A stretch of DNA of 64,000 nt. It comes from Gammaproteobacteria bacterium. Its GTDB lineage: Bacteria; Pseudomonadota; Gammaproteobacteria; Eutrophobiales; Eutrophobiaceae. The stretch's first letter is position 1. Each line of letters begins with the position of its first letter. Of this stretch, positions 49,180 to 61,079 are shown piece by piece. The DNA is taken from positions 20,820-84,819 of the forward strand of contig CBDBPJ010000007.1 of assembly GCA_965208655.1 (NCBI GenBank), in the 5' to 3' direction. The position numbers were made by a program, and so were the translations under genes. The notes under the pieces are model-generated. The model did no database searches. It saw only the letters and a list, made by a program, of their open reading frames with translations, and was not told where the DNA came from.

Positions 49180-50235
49180 CTACCACTTCAAAACGGTAAT
49201 CCCGGGAGGTTCGGGCAGTTCATCTGCCAGCAGCCAGCGGCAGAACAGGACTCCTTCGCGGTACCCCGCGGTACTCATCCAGTTACGGGGCGCCTCCCGG
49301 TGGCTGAGAACCACTTCAACACTACCGTCCTCCGAAGGTATTGCCGTCGCGTTGTTTACGCATACCGGGAAGTCGGCGTAATTCGTCGATTGCATCAGGA
49401 AGTTCCAGGTCTGGATTCCCCAGTAGCAACAGTCCGGGGAACGGATTTTGATGTTCAGGTACTCATCTTCCTCGACCCGGAAACGGGCGAAGCAATAAAT
49501 GTTGTCGGGCGTACCCCAGCCGCCCTGTTCCGGGTCGAACTCGAACGCCGGCAAAAACTCATTCACGGGGAGTTCCACGGGCAGTGGCGCAATCCAGGTC
49601 GTACACTGGAAGAACATGGCCATCGTCCGAATGTGCCGGGCCAGTTGTTCATCGGTCAACGGCATACCTGGCGGTTGCGGATTCGTGTTTGTGATGGACA
49701 GTTCGCTTTCGGTGGAATTGGGGCGGTCGAAGAAATACTCCCTGGTAAACATGTTCACCGAATCCGGCTCGAGTTTGAATTCATTGGGATTCCCCGGTTC
49801 AGGGTCGGGAGTGAGCCTGATTTCGAATGAACCATCCTCCTCAAATTGAATATCGCGCTGGTTTATGTTCAGCGTGACCCGGTCCGCCAGTTCCCCGTGC
49901 GGGTCACCACCGTAGATGCAGAAGCTGAGATAGCAACTGTCAAAACGGCGCCCCTTTATGACGTACTCCTGGTCTCCCCGTAACTGGGTGAAGTAGTAAA
50001 CCGCATCGACGTTGTCGCCAAACAGTTTTCGGCCACTGTTGGTGAGCGGCATGAAGCGCGGTTTCAATGGGTCGTTGAACAGGTAGAAGTCAATAGCGGC
50101 ATGCATGAGGTGGAAGAAGTGCCGGTAACCATCGACCTTGCCCTGCTCGTCCAGGTTGGCCTCCGGGTCCAGGAACGTCTGGTCCGCCTCCTTCAGCATC
50201 TCCAGGAACTCATTGAGGGCTAGTTTGCTTTCCAT
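49180..50235 (-). CDS. Hypothetical protein, possibly DUF1214-like
   Basis: 351 aa with no recognisable catalytic motif. The family guess is from memory only. Confidence 0.3.
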   Translation of the reverse strand: MESKLALNEFLEMLKEADQTFLDPEANLDEQGKVDGYRHFFHLMHAAIDFYLFNDPLKPRFMPLTNSGRKLFGDNVDAVYYFTQLRGDQEYVIKGRRFDSCYLSFCIYGGDPHGELADRVTLNINQRDIQFEEDGSFEIRLTPDPEPGNPNEFKLEPDSVNMFTREYFFDRPNSTESELSITNTNPQPPGMPLTDEQLARHIRTMAMFFQCTTWIAPLPVELPVNEFLPAFEFDPEQGGWGTPDNIYCFARFRVEEDEYLNIKIRSPDCCYWGIQTWNFLMQSTNYADFPVCVNNATAIPSEDGSVEVVLSHREAPRNWMSTAGYREGVLFCRWLLADELPEPPGITVLKW

Positions 50236-50295
50236 TCTTTAACCTGTTAATCAGTATTACCTTTCAGGGTGATGGCAAGCGCGGCCGGGCGCGCC

Positions 50296-51555
50296 TCAGG
50301 CAGCGTCAGCCGTCGTTCTCTCGTCCAGGAAGTCCAGGTATACGCGAAAGCAGTCTGCCACGTCCTGTTCGTTGAGTCCAAACTGTTCGAGAGAATACTC
50401 ATGCCTGCCGTGCTTGTCTTTCTGTTCCTGAAGCAGGAATTCCTGCATGTTCTGTTCAGTAACTTCACCCAGTTCCCAGCCGAAACGCCGGTATATTGAC
50501 CTGACCACTCCCAAGGGGTCCCGGACAAAGTCTTCAAACTGCAGGTCGATGATCTGATCGTCCTTGCCAAGCAGGCTTCTGTCTTCGACAAAGCGGTTGA
50601 AATACGACGACCAGATTTGCAGGTTCTCCCTTGCGGTCCTTGCGCTGTCCTCGTGGTCGGAATAAAGGGAGCGAATTGACGTGAGGAGACTCGCCACGGA
50701 GGGCACGATACTCGCCGGATGGCGGTGCGTCATGATCACCCTGGCGTCCGGGTAGACCTCAAACAGCGCCCGCAAACGGCACAGGTGCACAGGCGATTTG
50801 AGTAGCCAGCGATCGGTCCTGACGCCCCCCGATTCCAGAAACTGAAGAAAGGTCTTGTGCCAGCGCAGGTTTGCGACCTGATCCGCCTCGTTGGCAAACC
50901 ACTCGTGATACGCCGGGATAAAACACTGCGTCAGGTATTGGAAACTGGTGAAGTTCAGCGCGGTAATCCCCACGCATTCCTGTGGTGAATCCGCTTCCAT
51001 GTAGTGTTTTTTTCTGAAATCGGGGACCAGGGTGAACAGTTGCGAGAACTCTGATTGAATTCGCTTGACACGAGGGTCATCGGCATAGTTATCCGGTTCC
51101 GGCGCCGGATGCGGCATCAGGCATTCCCACGATAACGGAGAACGGTGCGCCGGATCGCGACAGAGCAGTGCCTGCAGGATACTCGTCCCGGTGCGCGGCA
51201 TCCCGATCACAAACAGCGGGGTCCTGATCGCGGAGCCGCGAATTGACGGGTTTTCGGCAAGGCTGCGCTCTACCAGGAACCGGTGGTCTGCGGCCCTTTG
51301 GATATTGCGTTTCAGCGCCAGCTTGCCGAACGTATTCAGACGCGCATCGGACCGGATGGCAGAGATCAGGCGCGCCAGTCCCTGTTCCATAGGCTCGTCC
51401 CTGAATTCAAACCCGGCCACCCGGGCCGCATGCTGCAGGATTTTGTTTTCATCAAGCTCGAAAAGACGGATCCCGAGGCTGTTGGCGAGAAAACCTGCGC
51501 GGTTTAACGTCTTGAGTATGCCCGAACGTTTTATCGCCAGGCTGGATTCGTACAT
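50296..51555 (-). CDS. Sulfotransferase-family protein
   Basis: 419 aa. The 5'-PSB-like P-loop GMPRTGTSILQ and a downstream 3'-PB-like region are present. Confidence 0.65.
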   Translation of the reverse strand: MYESSLAIKRSGILKTLNRAGFLANSLGIRLFELDENKILQHAARVAGFEFRDEPMEQGLARLISAIRSDARLNTFGKLALKRNIQRAADHRFLVERSLAENPSIRGSAIRTPLFVIGMPRTGTSILQALLCRDPAHRSPLSWECLMPHPAPEPDNYADDPRVKRIQSEFSQLFTLVPDFRKKHYMEADSPQECVGITALNFTSFQYLTQCFIPAYHEWFANEADQVANLRWHKTFLQFLESGGVRTDRWLLKSPVHLCRLRALFEVYPDARVIMTHRHPASIVPSVASLLTSIRSLYSDHEDSARTARENLQIWSSYFNRFVEDRSLLGKDDQIIDLQFEDFVRDPLGVVRSIYRRFGWELGEVTEQNMQEFLLQEQKDKHGRHEYSLEQFGLNEQDVADCFRVYLDFLDERTTADAA

Positions 51556-51558
51556 CGG

Positions 51559-51861
51559 TTACGTCAACTGTTTCAGCCTGGCTGCGATCGACAAGTCGCC
51601 TTTCACCTTGATCTTGCGGGATGCCACCAGCATGAAGGGCTTCACTTCGCGCCGCTGCAGCTTGCCGTAGGTTTCCAGCGACATGGTAACGGTACAGTCG
51701 GATTCAATATCATTCCCGGTAATTATCGACACCTCGTTCTGCTCACCGGTTCCGTCTATCAACATGATTTCGTCGTCGAGGCAGAATTTCAATGTCTTCC
51801 CGAGCGGGCCGATGGTGGCGGCTTTCTCCGCCATATCGGCGCAAATGTCCTTGATATCCAT
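51559..51861 (-). CDS. SCP2 sterol-binding-domain protein
   Basis: 100 aa. The SCP-2 fold pattern (LKFCLDDEIMLIDGTG...KVKGDLSIAARL) is present. Confidence 0.65.
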   Translation of the reverse strand: MDIKDICADMAEKAATIGPLGKTLKFCLDDEIMLIDGTGEQNEVSIITGNDIESDCTVTMSLETYGKLQRREVKPFMLVASRKIKVKGDLSIAARLKQLT

Positions 51862-52045
51862 AGGGAACCCCCCAGGTTGAGGAACAGGAAAAATAATTCA
51901 TGAAGTCTACAGCAGAATCGGTTGATGTAACAATAACGGGCCGTTACATAACAAGATCCTCTCTTCGACCCGGCGATTGCGTGTATATTTGTTCAGGATT
52001 GATGTCACATAAACTGCCATGTAATTTCTACTGAGGCGAGCATTT

Positions 52046-52618
52046 ATGCTGTTATTCATTACCGGGCTGATACTTTTTTTTGCCGTACATTCCATCTCCA
52101 TCATCAGTGACTCCTGGCGCGACGACATGGCGCAACGGCTGGGTGAACGCCCATGGAGAGTCCTTCATGGACTGGCTTCACTTGGCGGACTGGTGTTGCT
52201 GGTATGGGGTTACGGAATCGCAAGGAATGTTCCTGTAGTTCTCTATACAACGCCGGATTGGCTGCGGCACGTCAACTTTCTCCTTATGCTGTTCGTATTC
52301 CCGCTGCTGCTGGCGGTTTTTTTACCGGGGCGCATCAAGACCGCAGTGAAATATCCGGCTTTTACCGCGGTCAAGATCTGGGCGTTTGCGCACTTGCTGG
52401 TTAACGGCGCCCTTGCCGATGTGCTGCTGTTCGGTTGCTTTCTGGCCTGGGCGGTTGCCGGACGTATTTCCATGAAACACCGCCGGCCGCGTCCGGCACC
52501 CGGATTTCCTGAAACGGCTGCAAACGACCTTATTGCCGTTGCGGCCGGCCTGGGAATTTACGCGCTGTTCCTGTTTGTGTTGCACAGCCGGTTGATTGGC
52601 GTGCCGCTAATCATTTGA
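52046..52618 (+). CDS. NnrU-family membrane protein
   Basis: 190 aa with five transmembrane segments. The NnrU-like call rests on overall pattern. Confidence 0.5.
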   Translation: MLLFITGLILFFAVHSISIISDSWRDDMAQRLGERPWRVLHGLASLGGLVLLVWGYGIARNVPVVLYTTPDWLRHVNFLLMLFVFPLLLAVFLPGRIKTAVKYPAFTAVKIWAFAHLLVNGALADVLLFGCFLAWAVAGRISMKHRRPRPAPGFPETAANDLIAVAAGLGIYALFLFVLHSRLIGVPLII

Positions 52619-52942
52619 CTGTTTTCCGTATATCTCCTCAATTTTGCAGATTCGTATCTGCCAGTCATCCAGCCAGGTGGAACGGGCCTTGTTCTTGGCT
52701 GCGATATGCTCGCTGTTTCGCCGCCAGGCAGCTATGGACTCCAGGGAATCAAAATACGCAACAGCAAGCTTGAATGGGCTGCTTGAGGCGGATTCCAGAC
52801 CCAGAAAACCTTCAATTTCCTGGACCCGGCCGTACAATTCTGCAAGCATTTTTTCGTGCCCCTCTTCATCGACGCCGCTGCTGATCGACGGAAATACTAC
52901 GGCATAGCTGCCCACCGGCAGATTCTTCAGGATTTGGGACAT
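52607..52942 (-). CDS. ABM-domain (antibiotic-biosynthesis-monooxygenase-like) protein
   Basis: 111 aa of ferredoxin-like ABM fold length with the expected hydrophobic pattern. The call is weak. Confidence 0.45.
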   Translation of the reverse strand: MSQILKNLPVGSYAVVFPSISSGVDEEGHEKMLAELYGRVQEIEGFLGLESASSSPFKLAVAYFDSLESIAAWRRNSEHIAAKNKARSTWLDDWQIRICKIEEIYGKQSND

Positions 52943-53108
52943 AATCGATCCGGGAGTCTAATAAATCACGAACATTCGATCAAGAAAGGGCAGGCTGCCA
53001 ACCTCGACCGAACCATTCCACCCAACGCTTCTACCCGGCAAAAGTTATTTTAAAAGCACTTTTAATTGTGTATTTTATATTGATATTCACATTGGAGACG
53101 AGCTTACC

Positions 53109-53357
53109 ATGGAGACCCTTCTGACCAACAAGACCGTATCGGTAACCGAGCTACGCGAACCCAGGAAAGTCATTGACAAGGCAGGCTCCAAACCTGTGGC
53201 AGTTCTCAATCGTTCGAATGTGGTGGGGTACTTCGTCCCGGCGAGTGCCGTGGAAAAACTTGATTTCAGTGTGTGCGAAACAGACGAAGTGATGGCTGCG
53301 CTGGACACTCTCGATGATAACGCACTGGCGGTGAACGACTACCTCAAAGACAAGTGA
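53109..53357 (+). CDS. phd: Phd/YefM-family antitoxin
   Basis: 82 aa. TVSVTELREPRKVIDKAGSKPVAVLNRSNVVGYFV is a Phd/YefM signature. Its stop overlaps the doc start. Confidence 0.7.
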   Translation: METLLTNKTVSVTELREPRKVIDKAGSKPVAVLNRSNVVGYFVPASAVEKLDFSVCETDEVMAALDTLDDNALAVNDYLKDK

Positions 53358-53752
53358 TGCGCTATATCACGGCTGAGCAAGTCGTTGCCATACATGAACG
53401 AGTAATATTGCGTGACGAGTTACAGGGCATAGTGAGCGAGCGACCTGTTGAGGCCGTGAATGGCAGGATCGAAAACCGCCTTGCCTATGGACTTATCGGT
53501 GATGTTTATGAGCTTGCCGCCTGTTACGCCTGCTATATTGCCGTCGGCTACTGCTTTCACGATGCCAATAAACGAACCGCGCATACGGCCATGCAGGTCA
53601 TCCTGAAACTGAATGGTATTCAGCTTGAGTACGATATAAAAACCCTTGGTGATATGGTCATAAAAGCAGCCCAGGGTATCGTCGAGGAAACGGAGCTTGC
53701 AGCTTTTCTCCGACGTAGCAGGGCGAAAGGCAATATTCATGATCGCCGTTGA
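53354..53752 (+). CDS. doc: Doc (death-on-curing) Fic-family toxin
   Basis: 132 aa. The Fic motif is HxFx(D/N)(A/G)NKR, seen here as FHDANKRTAH. Confidence 0.8.
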   Translation: MMRYITAEQVVAIHERVILRDELQGIVSERPVEAVNGRIENRLAYGLIGDVYELAACYACYIAVGYCFHDANKRTAHTAMQVILKLNGIQLEYDIKTLGDMVIKAAQGIVEETELAAFLRRSRAKGNIHDRR

Positions 53753-53815
53753 TTGAAACCGGTCATTGAATTTCTACTGGGCCACGGGATTTAATTTGTT
53801 AATACCAAAGTGAAT

Positions 53816-53902
53816 TGGTGCCGGGAGAGAGACTCGAACTCTCACTCTGTTGCCAGAACCGGATTTTGAATCCGGCGCGTCTACCAGTTCCGCCACCCCG
53901 GC
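53816..53902 (-). tRNA. tRNA-Leu (anticodon CAA)
   Basis: The reverse complement GCCGGGGTGGCGGAACTGGTAGACGCGCCGGATTCAAAATCCGG...GGTTCGAGTCTCTCTCCCGGCACCA has a long variable arm and an encoded CCA. It resembles E. coli leuX. Confidence 0.85.
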
Positions 53903-53980
53903 TTTGCTGAGGAAATAAAGGGCCGGCAAGTATAACAGAAAACATGGTTTGCCTTGCGTTTCTTGTTAGACTCAACAGCC

Positions 53981-56144
<2,164 letters not shown>

Positions 56145-56178
56145 AGGGCACAGAGAAAAACAACACGCCATAAAACCA

Positions 56179-57429
56179 ATGAAAATGACTCTGGACAGTG
56201 TTGGTTCCCCTGGCCGGCTTATCGCCGACAACCATGCCTGGTTGCTGGTTGCCGCTGCGCTGCTGCTCTTGTCTACCGAAACCCTGTCCCTGGTTCCCCA
56301 GGTTATCATGGCGGCGCTGGGGCTTTACCAGGTCGGCCGCAACCCGGATGCGGTCTACCGTGACAGCAGGGTGCGGGTACTGGTGGGCCTGTTTTTGTGC
56401 CTGTGGCTGCCGCAACTGGTCTCGCTTATCGGCGCCGTGAACCTGGCGCGTTCGGCGAAGATTGCAGCGCTGTACCCGTTGTACCTGTTTTGCGGAATAT
56501 TCATCCTGCGGGAACTGGCGCGCCCGGGAAACCTGCAACGCCTGTCCCTGGCGTTGCTGGCCGTTGTCATCTTCTGGTGTGTTGACGGCCTGGTCCAGTA
56601 TGCGAACGGGAAAAACCTGCTCGGCTACCCCTACCAGGACGGCATGCTGAGCGGCATGTTTTACCCGAAACTCCGTCTGGGCATCATACTGGCCGTGCTG
56701 GTACCCGTTGCCCTGGAGACGGTCAGGAATGTCAACAGGGATAGCTTGTTCCCGTGGCTGTTGTTGATACCGTTCACCGTGGTGGTGCTGCTCAGCGGCC
56801 GGAGAAGCGCCTGGCTCATGCTGATTATCGGGTTGTCGGCCTATCTCCCGCTGGTCGTCCTGTCCTTGTCGTCCAGGGCCAGATATATCATCACGGGAGC
56901 ACTGTGTGTCTCCGTGTTGCTGGTCGGCTGGGTGTATTTCTACAGCCCCGACATCAACCGCAGGATCGACCTGCTTACGGGCATGCTGGGCAATGAATAC
57001 CTGGCCGAAAAAGCGACGTCCAGGCGCACGCCGATCTGGGACACGGCCTATAACATGCTGCAGGATAACTGGATAAACGGGGTAGGCCCCAGGGGCTTCC
57101 GCTACGCTTACAGGAGTTATGCGGACGAAGACAACTACTTCGTCCGCCGGGGGCAGGATGGCCAGACCCACCCGCACATGGTTTTACTGGAGATCGCCGT
57201 TGAAACAGGGGTGATAGGACTGGTGGGTTTTATCCTGTTCTACCTCACCCTGCTCCGCTATTGGTGGCGGGGAAGACATTCCACGATAACCGGCGCCTGG
57301 ACCGCAACACTGCTGGCCGGGACGTTCCCGCTGAACGCGCACCTGGCGTTTTACGGATCCTACTGGAGCGGTTTCATGTGGCTGCTGGTATCCTGTGCCG
57401 TCCTGGCCGCGTCCACCCGGACAGGCTGA
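56179..57429 (+). CDS. O-antigen ligase-family (Wzy_C domain) membrane protein
   Basis: It has ~12 transmembrane segments and a periplasmic loop with the Wzy_C region (...RRTPIWDTAYNMLQDNWINGVGPRGF...HPHMVLLEIAVETG). The start is uncertain: the ORF opens at 56116, overlapping tgt. Confidence 0.6.
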   Translation: MKMTLDSVGSPGRLIADNHAWLLVAAALLLLSTETLSLVPQVIMAALGLYQVGRNPDAVYRDSRVRVLVGLFLCLWLPQLVSLIGAVNLARSAKIAALYPLYLFCGIFILRELARPGNLQRLSLALLAVVIFWCVDGLVQYANGKNLLGYPYQDGMLSGMFYPKLRLGIILAVLVPVALETVRNVNRDSLFPWLLLIPFTVVVLLSGRRSAWLMLIIGLSAYLPLVVLSLSSRARYIITGALCVSVLLVGWVYFYSPDINRRIDLLTGMLGNEYLAEKATSRRTPIWDTAYNMLQDNWINGVGPRGFRYAYRSYADEDNYFVRRGQDGQTHPHMVLLEIAVETGVIGLVGFILFYLTLLRYWWRGRHSTITGAWTATLLAGTFPLNAHLAFYGSYWSGFMWLLVSCAVLAASTRTG

Positions 57430-57468
57430 TTTCAGGCACGCGCCCGTGTGTTTTACAGTGGGGATGCC

Positions 57469-58491
57469 TCAACCGAGCATGCTTTCATACAGGCTCTCAA
57501 ACTTCGGTACCACCACGTCCGCGGCATAGTTTTCCTGAAACGATGACCACGCCGCCTGCGCGCGCTGCCTGCGGCCGTCCGCGTCGTTGATTGCCGTCCT
57601 CAGCGTGCCGGTCAACGAATCCTCGTCGGCGTCACACAGCCAGGCGCTGCCGGCATCCAGTATTTCAACCGGGCCGTGGCATTTCGTCGCAACGATGGGC
57701 AAGCCGCAGGCCATTGCCTCCAGGACTGCTATGCCGAATGGTTCATACCTGGAAGGCAGCACGAAGAGGTCGCCTTGCAGCAGGAAACTGCGTATATCAT
57801 CCTGCCAGCCGGCGAAGTGAACTTTTTTATCGATGTTTAAAGCTGCCGCCAGGTCCATAAGCCGTTGCCGTTCAACACCGTCCCCGGCAAGGTACAGGTG
57901 GATATCGTCTGTCTCCAGCCGGCTGAGGCTGTGCAGCAGCAGGTCGAAGCCTTTTTTATGCACGAACCTGCCGTGCGCGACTATTTTCGTCACCTTGTCC
58001 CTGCAGTGGATGGCAGTAACCGTCTGGAAACTGGAAAAATTGGGAATCCACCGTACCTCCTGTGCGGGAATCCCCTCCCTGATCAGGTAATCCCGTTGCG
58101 CTGCAGTGGTAGGGGTGAAAACGTCCGCGTGCCTGAAATATTTCAGGTCGACAAAATCATGGGTGTGGGCAACCAGGGGGATGTTGAGCCGGTGTGAAGC
58201 CGGACCCGCGAGGTGTGCGGCGCGGCTCAGGGATGTCTGTAGGACCTGTGGTGCAAACGCGCGCGCCAGTTTCGTGATGCTCCGGGGCGCCAGCGGGTCC
58301 CACGGACCCAGCACCCGTACCGACGCACGGTTGACGTTCGGCAGTTTTTCGAGATGCAGCGCGGCTTTCGAACGGGCATTGGAGATGGCGAGGACGTCGT
58401 GGCCGCGCCGGGCCAGGCCGTTGGTCAAATCAACGTAGAACCGCTCCGCCCCGCCGAACTTCTTGGCGAGCATGATCACGCAAATCTTCAT
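57469..58491 (-). CDS. Glycosyltransferase family 4 (GT-B fold, group 1)
   Basis: 340 aa with a C-terminal EX7E-type region (SRYEPFGIAVLEAMACGLPIVAT). Confidence 0.8.
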   Translation of the reverse strand: MKICVIMLAKKFGGAERFYVDLTNGLARRGHDVLAISNARSKAALHLEKLPNVNRASVRVLGPWDPLAPRSITKLARAFAPQVLQTSLSRAAHLAGPASHRLNIPLVAHTHDFVDLKYFRHADVFTPTTAAQRDYLIREGIPAQEVRWIPNFSSFQTVTAIHCRDKVTKIVAHGRFVHKKGFDLLLHSLSRLETDDIHLYLAGDGVERQRLMDLAAALNIDKKVHFAGWQDDIRSFLLQGDLFVLPSRYEPFGIAVLEAMACGLPIVATKCHGPVEILDAGSAWLCDADEDSLTGTLRTAINDADGRRQRAQAAWSSFQENYAADVVVPKFESLYESMLG

Positions 58492-58531
58492 GCAGACCGG
58501 TAAATCACGCTTTGTTCAGTAGCGGTACGGC

Positions 58532-60010
58532 TTAACCGTGACCGAGGTAGGTATGGAACACTCCGTCGGGATCGTACTTGTCTCTGACAGCCTGTATTTT
58601 CTCCCAGTTCGGCCTGCTGAAAGAACGTTCCGAACGCTCCGGGCTTGCCTCAAGATCGGCCTCGCTGATGAAATGGCCCGCAGATAACGGCGCCAGTATC
58701 TCCTGCGTACGCTTCAACCAGGCAATGTTTTGCTCATCCTCGGTTTCATCCATCCAGAAGGAATAGGGGGACAGAAACGTGCGGCGCCGCATGGAGTAGG
58801 CGGTGTCATAAATGTTGATGGGCTTGGGTTTGACTTCGCACAACACGTTGCTCATCGGCGACGGTGCGGCGGCGAAGTGGTCGACGAATTGTGCCATGAC
58901 GTCACGCATGGAGATATCGAAGAAAAACGTATCGGCCGCCGCCCGGCACGGCGGGAATGAAACATCGACAAGGTTGAACAAGTCGCCGAACGTGGCCGGT
59001 TTCACCTCTTCCACCGAAACAGGTTTCGCTATTGTACGGGGCGCCGTCACGGGTGACAGGAGGTGGGTTGCCTCGTCTTCCGTGTCTGCGAACGCAACGG
59101 CTGTCACGTTAACGACCTTTGTCACGCCGTCCACCGGTTCCGGCAGGCCTAACAGGAACATGAACAACTCGACCTTGTCATCCAGGGCCAGACCGGCCTC
59201 CGGTAACCATTCCGAGACAGCCAGGGTATCCTTTAACGGCCAGGTATAGCTGCTCAGGTGTATCGCCGGCGGCAGGTCGTATAATTTCAGGTGGTAGTTG
59301 GTTACGACGGCCGGAAAACCCGGGCCGGATCCGCGCGCGGCCCACAGCAGGTCGGGATAATTGTCTTCGTCGACGCGTACCTGCTCCCCTCGCGCGGTGA
59401 CCGCGTCGAAGCCCAGAACGCTGTTGCAGGCGACCCCGTTCCAGGTCCCCCAGTTCCAGCCCTGGCCGCCGCCCAGCAGGTAACCCCCCATGGGTATGGT
59501 GCTGCAATGGGCCGTGGGAAAACCCAGGCCCTGGCGGCCGAGCACAGCTGCCAGTTCCCGCGCATAGATTGCCGGCCCGACGACGGCCGTTTTAGTTTCG
59601 GCATCGATCTCAAGGTCGCGAAAACGGCTCATGTCCAATGTCAGGCCGCCGTCGCGTACTGCCGAAGAGACCCAACTGTGACCGCCGGTGCGAACACCCA
59701 CTTTCATTTTCTGCTGTCCGGCAAACTTGACGGTATTGACCACGTCCTCCGCCGATTTTGCCTGGACTATTGCGTCCGGTTGGCGGCTTGTCTTGCGCAG
59801 TTGCCAGGTCAAGCTGTTTACCCGGGCAGCATAATCCGCACGTTCTTTTGTAATTACATCACCGCTGATTTTTTCCTGTAATTTAGTGAAAACCTTGCCG
59901 GCTGGGGAAGGGTCGGAGCATCCGCCGAATGAAAACAAAGCGGCGAGGCCCGCGCACAAGCGGCCGGCCAGGATGGAGAATTGACGACGAGACAGTTGCT
60001 TGATGATCAT
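58532..60010 (-). CDS. Secreted FAD-linked oxidase (PCMH/BBE-like)
   Basis: 492 aa with a signal peptide. The FAD-binding PCMH motif (VRTGGHSW...) and a BBE-like C-terminus are present. Confidence 0.7.
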   Translation of the reverse strand: MIIKQLSRRQFSILAGRLCAGLAALFSFGGCSDPSPAGKVFTKLQEKISGDVITKERADYAARVNSLTWQLRKTSRQPDAIVQAKSAEDVVNTVKFAGQQKMKVGVRTGGHSWVSSAVRDGGLTLDMSRFRDLEIDAETKTAVVGPAIYARELAAVLGRQGLGFPTAHCSTIPMGGYLLGGGQGWNWGTWNGVACNSVLGFDAVTARGEQVRVDEDNYPDLLWAARGSGPGFPAVVTNYHLKLYDLPPAIHLSSYTWPLKDTLAVSEWLPEAGLALDDKVELFMFLLGLPEPVDGVTKVVNVTAVAFADTEDEATHLLSPVTAPRTIAKPVSVEEVKPATFGDLFNLVDVSFPPCRAAADTFFFDISMRDVMAQFVDHFAAAPSPMSNVLCEVKPKPINIYDTAYSMRRRTFLSPYSFWMDETEDEQNIAWLKRTQEILAPLSAGHFISEADLEASPERSERSFSRPNWEKIQAVRDKYDPDGVFHTYLGHG

Positions 60011-60082
60011 AAGTAGCTCCCGCAGAATCGGCTTGCCAGGCTATGATATATTATTAGCTGGTCGAATTTTTGAGAAATCGTC

Positions 60083-60991
60083 ATGTCGGACTCCATAGAA
60101 ATCATTGATGTCAGCCCCCGGGACGGCCTGCAAAGCCAGCCGGTACTGCTCGGCGTCGAACACAAACTGGAATTGATCAAGCGCCTGATTGACGCCGGGA
60201 TACGGCGCCTGGAAGCAGCCAGTTTTGTCAATCCGAAGCGGGTCCCGCAGATGGCGGATGCCGAGGAGGTGGTACGCGGCCTGCCGCAGCGGGACGACGT
60301 GACGTTTATCGGACTGGTGCTGAACCTGCGCGGTTTCGAACGTGCCGTCGCCTGTGACATAGACGAGATCAACTGCGCGGTAGTGGCTTCGGATACATTC
60401 AACCTGCGTAACCAGGGGACCACCACTGAAGGGACCATGGAGGTGATCCGGGAGATCACCCGTGAGGCCCAGGCTGCCGGCAAGAAACTGGGCGTGACCG
60501 TCAGCGCCGCGTTCGGATGTCCCTTCGAGGGTGAGATGCCGGTGGAGAAGGTGACAGGCCTGGTTCAGCGCCTGGCTGCAATGGGCTATGACCACGTTTC
60601 CCTGGCGGATACCATCGGCGCCGCGGGACCTTCAGACGTGGCCGGCATGATAAAACGCATCAGGACCCTTGAACCCGGACTGAGCCTGAGCTGCCATTTC
60701 CACAATACCCGTAACACGGCGGTGGCAAACACCTATGCGGCCATACAGGAGGGGGTTAACATTTTTGATGCAAGCTGCGGTGGCGTCGGCGGGTGTCCCT
60801 TCGCCCCGGCGGCAACGGGCAACGTGGCAACGGAAGACCTGCTGTACATGATCCATCGAATGGGCCTGAAGACGGGCGTCGATATCGACAGGATAATCGA
60901 GACGGCAAAATGGCTGGAGGGCCCGCTGGGGACTTCCATGCCGGCCATGGTCACACGGGCAGGGGTGTTTCCGTCAGCAAAAGCAGCGTAA
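60083..60991 (+). CDS. Hydroxymethylglutaryl-CoA lyase-like (HMGL family)
   Basis: 302 aa with the DxxLRDGxQ-type opening (SPRDGLQS) and a TIM-barrel HMGL signature. Confidence 0.85.
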   Translation: MSDSIEIIDVSPRDGLQSQPVLLGVEHKLELIKRLIDAGIRRLEAASFVNPKRVPQMADAEEVVRGLPQRDDVTFIGLVLNLRGFERAVACDIDEINCAVVASDTFNLRNQGTTTEGTMEVIREITREAQAAGKKLGVTVSAAFGCPFEGEMPVEKVTGLVQRLAAMGYDHVSLADTIGAAGPSDVAGMIKRIRTLEPGLSLSCHFHNTRNTAVANTYAAIQEGVNIFDASCGGVGGCPFAPAATGNVATEDLLYMIHRMGLKTGVDIDRIIETAKWLEGPLGTSMPAMVTRAGVFPSAKAA

Positions 60992-61043
60992 CAGTGCAGA
61001 TCAGGCGCGGGCTGATACCACTTCGAAATATAGTTTTTATTAA

Positions 61044-61079
61044 ATAGCGATCTCAACACTTAAACGTTAAGATCGCTAT
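61044..61079. promoter_or_regulatory. 10 bp perfect inverted repeat (ATAGCGATCT ... AGATCGCTAT) abutting the ATG of the AAA_21 ATPase gene
   Basis: The arms are at 61044-61053 and 61070-61079. The 16 nt spacer contains the palindrome AACGTT. The element overlaps the expected RBS. Confidence 0.45.
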
